From Octopus vulgaris (lineage: Eukaryota): a stretch of DNA of 64,000 nucleotides. Positions 55,542 to 64,000 of this stretch are shown here, piece after piece. The position numbers and the translations under genes are program-made. Positions within the stretch are counted from its first letter, which is position 1, and the number at the start of each line of letters is the position of its first letter. The stretch lies in contig OX597826.1 of NCBI GenBank assembly GCA_951406725.2, forward strand, positions 59,582,001-59,646,000. The letters run 5' to 3'. Under the pieces are notes generated by a model. It saw only the letters and a program-made list of their open reading frames with translations, was not told where the DNA came from and did not search any database.

Positions 55542-56335
55542 GTAGTAGTAGTAGTAGTATTTGTTGTTGCTTGTTGTTTTTGTTGTTGCTGTTGTTGTCA
55601 TGAACTCTGAATAAAGGTATTCCAATTTTGACCAACTCGTTTTTCTCTGGGTAACGTGTACCTCGGCTTTAGCTAATGTGTCACTCTACAAAACGAGTAA
55701 GGCATGATAATTTGAGGGAAATTTCTCTACAATTTCTAGGTTATCTAGCAACCACATACAGAGCCTAACCTTCTCTATAATGGTCTTTGTTAATGGTGGT
55801 TTTAGTTGATTGTCTTAAGCATGAAGGTTTTCTCATTGCTTCATCGATACGGCGTGAAAACACTGAGCCTATGTGTTGATTATTCATTCAATATCAAAAC
55901 AAAAAATGTCTCTGGGTCTCTATGCTCTGTAGCAAAACTCTTGTATATCTACTTGGTTCCTAAACAACCATCAATTCTAACAGTGCCCTAGTTTCCGTAC
56001 TCTCGTATTAAAACCAGAAAAGCGGGAAAAGAGAGAACGCACATTAGGCTTTCATGATGACGTCGATTTTGCATGAAACTGAAATAAAATGTGAGCGAAG
56101 GTAACTTTTATGGATACGCAAATATATATATCGTGGAAACTAAGACATATTTACATATGAATAAATTTCTCCGTAAATCTATAATATATATATATATATA
56201 TATACAAAACATCCAGACAGACGCTACAAAGGAAATAAGCACGGGTCATTCGAAATTTTCTCTGGATGTTTTGTTGTCCATTTTTGTATCACCTAGCTGT
56301 CCGGATGTTTTGCGTTCTTGTTCCATTTTGTATAA

Positions 56336-56375
<40 letters not shown>

Positions 56376-57480
56376 AAAATTATTCATATCACAGCGTTTG
56401 TAATAAGGCCTCCCTCCCACGATGGTCATCATACAACTGGACAGTGAACGAGTGGAGAAGATTGGTTGAGGAAGCTTAGACGCTTAGCAGTTACGCTGCA
56501 CAGACACACAGATATATATATATATATGCCGTTGGTTTATGTGGAACGACTGAGAGAGGAGGTCCCAAGATATGCTAGATAAGATGTGGCATTTTTTTCT
56601 CATTTTATTGAATTCATTTTATAGAAACTGAAACATTTTCTCCTGCGACTAATAACTGTGTATTCTTTGCTGAAGGTCAGGTTATGCGACATCTCTACGA
56701 CATGATATGCGATGGTTACAAACATACGACTTACAAAAGCATCATCCAGTAATATATATATTGAACCAAACGAGAGGTTATTACTTATATTTAGCGATAC
56801 TAAAATAAAAAAAAAATATTTAAAGTTCTATTATATCTACGAGTCAAGTGTAGGAGATCGATTAATATATAATATTAATGAAAATGAAAATATACATAAT
56901 GTATTCGTATCCACAGTTACGTTTAAAACAAAGACTATAAACACATACAGCCAAATGTACGCACATACACACGGGTATGTCTGTATCTGTGTGTCTGTAT
57001 GTATGTGTACAGATATATATGTGTGAGCGTGTGTGTGTGTGTGTGTGTGGTCGTGTAGATCAAAGCCAAGTAATGTATCCATCATAAATGATTACGTTAA
57101 GTGAAACGCTACAATACATAAACGGATGTTAAAAAGAAGACAAAAAAAAAAAAGGAAAAAGAACAGACATAATACAGTCCGCAGTTTCTATTTTTCATCA
57201 TAAAAGAAACGAACGTTGTTTATATATAGCAGAGCCAGAATCGATTTGGATTTAAATATAAACTACGAAACCTACCATATCGAAGCCGCAGTATGGTCGA
57301 ATTGTTAATTTCGCATCTTAAACACAAGGGCTCGTGTTCGAGCTCACTGCCTGATATTTCGAGGAATGGCATTTTCCATAGCATAACTTCGTTTGTGAGT
57401 GAAGCTAAGTAGGCAGACCTATAGGAAATTTGTCTGGATAACAAAAAAGGTTCTCCAATTTCAGTTTTCAACAAATATAT

Positions 57481-57699
57481 TTACTCTTTCTCTCTTTTAC
57501 TCTTTTACTTGTTTCAGTCATTTGACTGCGGCCATGCTGGAGCACCACCTTTAGTCGACCAATCGACCCCGGGACTTATTCTTTGTAAGCCCAGTACTTA
57601 TTCTATCGGTCTCTTTTGCCGAACCGCTAATTGACGGGGACGTAAACACACCAGCATCGGTTGTCAAGCAATGCTAAGGGGACAAACACAGACACACAA

Positions 57700-57758
<59 letters not shown>

Positions 57759-57924
57759 TACGACAGGCTTCTTTCAGTTTCTGTCTACCAAATCCACTCA
57801 CAAGGCATTGGTCGGCCCGGGGCTATAGCAGAAGACATTTGCCCAAGGTGCCACGCAGTGGAATTGAACCCGGAACCATGTGGCTGGTTAGCAAGCTACT
57901 TACCACACAGCCACTCCTGCGCCT
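57481..57924 (-). mobile_element. SINE family B, full length
   Basis: Consensus match. Confidence 0.92.
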
Positions 57925-58924
57925 ATTTGATTATGAAAATTATATATTCTCGATTGATTAAGTCTTTGTAAAAATTTTAGTTTTCATGCAGTTGAGTTCT
58001 GATAAAGGATTATAAAATGTTCAAAGTGACAAACATTCCGATACTTGTATTTGTATCTAAAGTAATGAAAAGGACCCCAGTGAATTGTAGTTGATAAGAA
58101 GGTTTAAGTATCGATCTGTCCATGCAGCCTACGTTTTTAGAAAGAAACGAAATTTTTAGTTCATTTAGTGCATACTTAACTCATCGTCATTATCATCATC
58201 ATCATACACACACACACACACACACGCGCGGGATGTATGATTGTATATAGAAGAATATATTAATCAAAAAAATTCCAACTTGTCTGGTTTTCACGTTTTA
58301 TTTACAATCTTATAATAATATAAGATAATATAATATAATGGAATGATAGAATATTAAATGTCTATTCTGATAGTATGCATTAAACTTTGCAATCTTCAGG
58401 TTCATGTAGTAGTGGTGACAGCTATGCTTTACAATTTACCAACTGTGGCGAGACCGCTAAACTGTGCCCCTTAAATACATTTGTAAGGCTCCAGAATGTT
58501 AGTTTTTGCAAACTGCATGCTGACCGACCAGTGTGTGATGGTTTAGGCGTCACGGTTTGTTGAACATGTCAAGAGACCTGTATTTTGACCCTGGCCAAAG
58601 CAGTAATAATGTTGGGCTATTTTTAGAAATGTTGTAAACAATATTTCCAAGGTGTTTTTACATTTCAGTTATTATCTCCTTTATTATTGTTGCCGTCGTT
58701 GTTGTTGCTGTTATTGTTGTTGTTGGTGGTGGTGGTGATGGGAGTAGCTGTGGTAATAGAACTTCAAACCCCAAAATATGATTATTTGTACTGATTTTTC
58801 TCTTAACTTAGCTAGTATTTTCCTGCTATCATCATAATGGGCACCTTTAGTATTGTTGTTGTTGTTAGTGGTGGTCGTAGCAGTGGAAGTAATACCTCTA
58901 AGTATTATTATTATTGCTTATTTA

Positions 58925-60395
58925 GCTTGGGTTCGAATTTATCAATAAAATTCTTTTCTCTGATTTTCCTCTCGATTTCACTTGGGCTGTGTAATTTGTA
59001 GAATGGAAATATATATATACTTTCCGACCGCATGTTGCTAGAGGGTTACGCAAAGGTATATGACGTAAATCTGGGTCCCTAATTTGCTGTCGATGCACAC
59101 GTGAACGTTCTGATTGTGCATTTCCAGTCTGATCCACATAAAGTTATTCACAATTCAGGCATTTGTTGCAGAAAAATTAAATTTCTGCTTTTGCTGTTCA
59201 TATTTGCGCTTGTGAATATTTTTTCGGTTTTTGTGTTCATATATTGGCCGGTATGTATGAACTGGTATTTACCACTTCAGCTATCATTGCATTTGCTAAA
59301 ATCAAATGTTGTTTCTCTTAATCGTTTTATCAAGTTTTTAGGCTGTCTTTTACTAAGAACCATAATTCGATCTGTGATTATATCTTTTAATTCATTACTT
59401 TGAGCAATGATTGGTAGGTTTGCTTTGGCAACGTTGAAGATATTCTGGTGACATGAATTGTATGTCACAATAAATGGTATGATTTGTTCCTGTTTCCTCT
59501 TCTTTTGGTTGTCCTCAGTTGTTGTATGGGTATTTTTATGACCCGCTGTATGCCATTTTTTATAATTGGAGACTGGTATTTTTGCTGGAGCAAAAATTAT
59601 CTTAGTTCGGTGAGGCGTTTGTTTCTGCTATTTGCCTCTTCTACAAAGTTACCAATTCTTCTGGCTAAGCAGTATGGGATGTTGCGTTTTGTATGTGGTG
59701 GATGGCATGACCTGAAATTCAGGTATTGATATGTGCCCATGTGCTTGTGTTATATATCTGTGGTAATAGTGGTGTCCTTTTTTATTTTCATTATATCTAG
59801 GAATGGTAATCTGGTACTACTCATCTCCTTTGTAAATTGGAGAGATGGGTATCGGTTGTTCAGGAGGATATTGAACTCTTCCAGAGTATTTAGAGATTCT
59901 GTCCAGATTATGAATCAATCGTCAAGATATCTCTTCCCTTCCGATATAATTTCTAAATCCAGTGCTATAGTTTTCCTCGATTGCTTGATAGAGTTGTTGT
60001 TCTAAATATCCGATTTTAGAGTTTGCGTAAATGGGAGCAAACTTCATTCTCATCGCCGTGCCATTAATTCGAATGTAATTCTTTCCATTGAAGAAGAATG
60101 TGTTGTTTTCCAGAATAAGTCTGACTGTGTCTAATATAAATGGCACTGTGAATCTGTTGGAGATCACTTCTCTATGTTTTTCTACCTAATCGCCTTTATT
60201 CCTAAATCATGTGGAATATTGGTGTAAAGGCTTACCACATCAAAACTAAGTAGAAGTGAATTTGTTTCAGTTTTTTTGGGACAGGAAGTCGATTTCTTCT
60301 CGGATAAAACTGGGTATGTATGTACATAGTGGTTTCAAAACGACGTCTATAAAATTGCTTAGACGCTGGGTAGGGCATGCTGGAGCAGCTATAAT
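58925..60395 (-). pseudogene. Degenerate Penelope-like element (RT and GIY-YIG endonuclease)
   Basis: Minus strand IIAAPACPTQRLS, FDVVSLYTNIP, LILENNTFFFNG..Y...NGTAM..KFAPIYAN, LPFLDI, YLNFRSCHPPHTKRNIPY, YVDQTGN...R...H; many stops and frameshifts. Confidence 0.85.
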
Positions 60396-60806
60396 TTTTT
60401 AACTTTATTAATCTATCGCAACATATTTTTCTGCACGCTACATGCCCATTTGTGAGAACATTTTAATATTCATAGGCAGTTAGGAAAGATTATTAATTAA
60501 TAATATCTACGAATCTTGATTTTTTCCTCCATTACATGTGTACGCTTCCTCAGGCAACGCCAGTTACATTTTCTGAATTCATTTCTTTTTTACATATGGC
60601 AGTCGGACCGCGCACAATGGACTCTTTGAAATTGTGTGGATTCTCCAACTATCACAGAGATAGGCGTTGTGTGTTGAACCAATCTCCTGCGCTTGTAGCT
60701 TTTGTTTATGGGTGACGTCTGTCAACGCACATTTTCAAACTCAGGAAGCAAATAAAGAAAAAGAAGGTTGTAAACATATTCATCCTATGAATGTGAAGTA
60801 AACAAT

Positions 60807-60921
60807 TCAGCTTAGAGTGATTTCTTGACGAGCCGTTTCAGAGATCGTTGATCGCTCCTCAGAAGAAATGAATCCATTTACATGATCCGATGAACAAGAG
60901 ACTCTGCTCATCGTTTTCTTC
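60807..60921 (-). other. Candidate terminal coding exon of an unidentified host gene
   Basis: Acceptor ttttcttgtattatcttgactttcAG, then an open Ser-rich frame KKTMSRVSCSSDHVNGFISSEERSTISETARQEITLS*. Confidence 0.25.
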
Positions 60922-61372
60922 CTGAAAGTCAAGATAATACAAGAAAAATGTTTACATTCATTTTCATTTTTCAACCAACAACAATCAATTTGTATAATAG
61001 CTCGTGTTATTTTGGTAATTCTGACACACGCTGGGTTTTGCATCCTGTGTGTGTGTGTGCGTGCTTGTTTGTGTGTCTGTGTGAGTGTGTGCTTGTTGCT
61101 TGTTTGTTTGTGTTTCTGTGTGTGCGTGTGTGTATGTATGTGAGAATGTGTATGCGTGTGTCTGTGTACAGAATTACCTTTCCAATTAGCAAACTTCAGG
61201 AAAAAAAAGAAGAAAAGTAAGGATCACTCGGCAAAGTTAATTCGAAAGAAAAAAGACAAGCAAATCATGCTTTATGAGAAACATCAAAGCGTTTGCCTCT
61301 ATACACCGTTGGTTGCAAGCAACACATCAGCACGTTCTTAATTTTAAAAGATACAAAATATTATGGAAATTT

Positions 61373-61431
<59 letters not shown>

Positions 61432-61582
61432 TGATATATATATTTATATTTACATATATGTGTGTATGAGTAAGTTTCTTCTATCAATCTATCCATATAT
61501 TATCTATGTATGTGGTGAGCTCTCTGTCACTTTCTCCTTCTCTCTCTCTTTTTTTCTCTCACTCCTCTCTCTCTCTCTTTAC

Positions 61583-61616
<34 letters not shown>

Positions 61617-61618
61617 AT

Positions 61619-61714
<96 letters not shown>

Positions 61715-61977
61715 CACATATACATATATATATATATATGTATTTATATAATCACATATATATATGTATATTCACATATATATTGCATAAAGGAAATACG
61801 TTCCGCGTACGATCCTGTAGAATGGACAAACCGTGTAAAGAAATGACAAGGACATTCACCTGAAAATATCAAGCAATACAAAATTTTCCAATAGTAAGAA
61901 GTATTGTCAAAGTAGGTTCTCTGAAAAGTTCAAGCCATCAGAATCCGTTAGATGCAAAAGAGGATAACGTGGAAACT

Positions 61978-62041
<64 letters not shown>

Positions 62042-62285
62042 GTATGTATTGAAAGAAGGGGCGATATTTCCAGGAAGAACGCTGGAGAGTGAGAGCGAGT
62101 CAGACAATGAGAGGAGAAGGAAGATCTGATGACACCCTGATGAAAGACAGTTTAGAAATGGTTAAATCAATGTTGATATTGGCGGTGCTGTCATGGGTAC
62201 GTGCGTAGCTTTTTGTATGCATATATGTACGCATAAATATATGCGTGTAGGTCTCTCACTTTCTCTCCAATTTTAATATCTGTCA

Positions 62286-62317
<32 letters not shown>

Positions 62318-62372
62318 GTGCGTGTGTGTATGTGTGTGTGTGTGTATGTGTGACTACGGAGAAAATATATAC

Positions 62373-62405
<33 letters not shown>

Positions 62406-62831
62406 CATGTTCTGCATATATATGCAGATTTATCTATCAATCTATCATTCTATCTCTTTAGCTCTCTCTTTCTCAATATACACACAGGGTTGCGCGCGCA
62501 GCAAGAGAAAGAGAGAGAGCGAGAGAGGGAGAGAGGAAGAGATGGAGAGAGGGAGAGAGGGAGAGAGGGAGAGAGAGAGTTGGAGACAAACACACACACA
62601 TAGATATATATGTATATATATATATGTATAGCAAGAAGGATTGGAAGAACAGAAATCGTGGTTGGATAGTGGAAGAGGGGGGTGTTGCGTTCATTGATAT
62701 AATCTGTTGTATAGGTTAGGTTACGACGCTGTGTGAATTCATTGAGGCAAATATGAAAGCGTTTCACATCTAACCAAACATTAAACGACAATGGTCTCTT
62801 GAAAGGAAAACGAGATTTTGACATTTATGCC

Positions 62832-62867
62832 ACCACTACTAACTACTACTACTACTACTAACTACTT

Positions 62868-62937
<70 letters not shown>

Positions 62938-63066
62938 TACTACTACAACTACTACTACTACTACTACTACTACAAATAATAATAATAATGATGATGATAA
63001 TAATAATAATAATAATAATTATAATTTTAATAATAATAATAATAATAATAGTAATAATAATAATAA

Positions 63067-63097
<31 letters not shown>

Positions 63098-63105
63098 AAG
63101 AAGAA
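62832..63105. repeat. Compound (TAC)n(AAT)n(AAG)n microsatellite
   Basis: Direct reading. Confidence 0.95.
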
Positions 63106-63324
63106 TAGTTATATAATTTTCGTTTCTCCTCAAGATTGCAAGTCTTGCTGGATCTCTGTGTCTCACTTCAGTATTGTACTAGGTTTTAAAATATACATAT
63201 ATCAATTTTCTATTTCGCTTCGCCCTATGAAGGCAGTGCGTACTAATGGAATCGTAAGTAGTTGTTTAATGGCTGGGTAAAATCATTTTTTGCATATGAT
63301 AAAGATTGTAGTAAAGTTTTATTC

Positions 63325-63486
63325 GTTTCTACTCTAGGCACAAGGCCCGAAATTTTTTGGGGGGGAAAGGACCAGTCGATTACGACGATCCCATCGATCC
63401 CGAAAGGATGAAAGGCAAAATCGTCCTCGGTGAAACACCGCGAAGCATTTTGCCCGGCGTGCTGTTTCTGCCCGCTCGTCACCTTG
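63325..63486 (-). mobile_element. SINE family C-related copy, internally deleted
   Basis: cccgaaaggatgaaaggcaaa...gcattttgcccggcgtgct...gctcgtcacctt. Confidence 0.75.
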
Positions 63487-63621
63487 ATGAAATACTGATA
63501 TTGATAGTAATGGTGCTTTGGTAGTAATAGTGATTGTAAAAATGGTTGTTGGTATAATGACAGTGGGAGTAGTTGTGGCTAGAATGATGATGATAATAAT
63601 AATAATTATAATAATAATAAT

Positions 63622-63673
<52 letters not shown>

Positions 63674-63674
<1 letters not shown>

Positions 63675-63909
63675 GTAGGTGCATTAAGCATGATAAAAAA
63701 ATATTCAGACAAATACATAACAAAAACACCAGGACTTACAAACACATAAAACATACAGAAAATTGCACTACTAGGCACTGCACACAACCTACGCAGAACA
63801 CTTTCCATACAATAACCATCAGAGCATCACAATAAATCACAGGACATACCCAATGCACAAAGAGCTGCGCTCGGTAGTGAAGTGAAAGCACGCTATGAAA
63901 ATAAAATTA

Positions 63910-63913
<4 letters not shown>
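63674..63913 (+). mobile_element. 5'-truncated Dong/R4-like 3' end (third family) in (TAA)n
   Basis: VGALSMIKK...PG...IQKIALLGTAHNLRRTLSIQ* aligns with the C-terminus of ORF 17620-18714; (TAA)n on both sides. Confidence 0.85.
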
Positions 63914-63986
<73 letters not shown>

Positions 63987-64000
63987 TGATGATAATAATA

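Overview
AT-rich, microsatellite-saturated eukaryotic DNA. The SINE families and repeat load suggest an octopus (coleoid cephalopod) genome; this is an inference. No complete host gene is visible, and almost all listed ORFs are translations of microsatellites or SINEs. The main coding feature is a near-intact R4/Dong-clade non-LTR retrotransposon (RT, CCHC knuckle, restriction-like endonuclease; ORF 14807-18714 with one frameshift) inserted in (TAA)n. Three more 5'-truncated Dong-like ends also lie in (TAA)n. Other remnants: RTE (one apparently 5'-inverted), CR1-type, Helitron helicase and a Penelope (RT + GIY-YIG) element. There are dozens of SINE copies, mostly tRNA-derived, from several families, and a 5'-truncated family found three times, always in (TCTA)n. 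The most unusual object is a TSD-flanked palindromic element of about 460 bp (52101-52560) that joins a tRNA-derived Pol III promoter to a minimal Penelope-type hammerhead ribozyme. It is a candidate retrozyme/SINE hybrid. All calls were made by eye without database searches, and boundaries are approximate.
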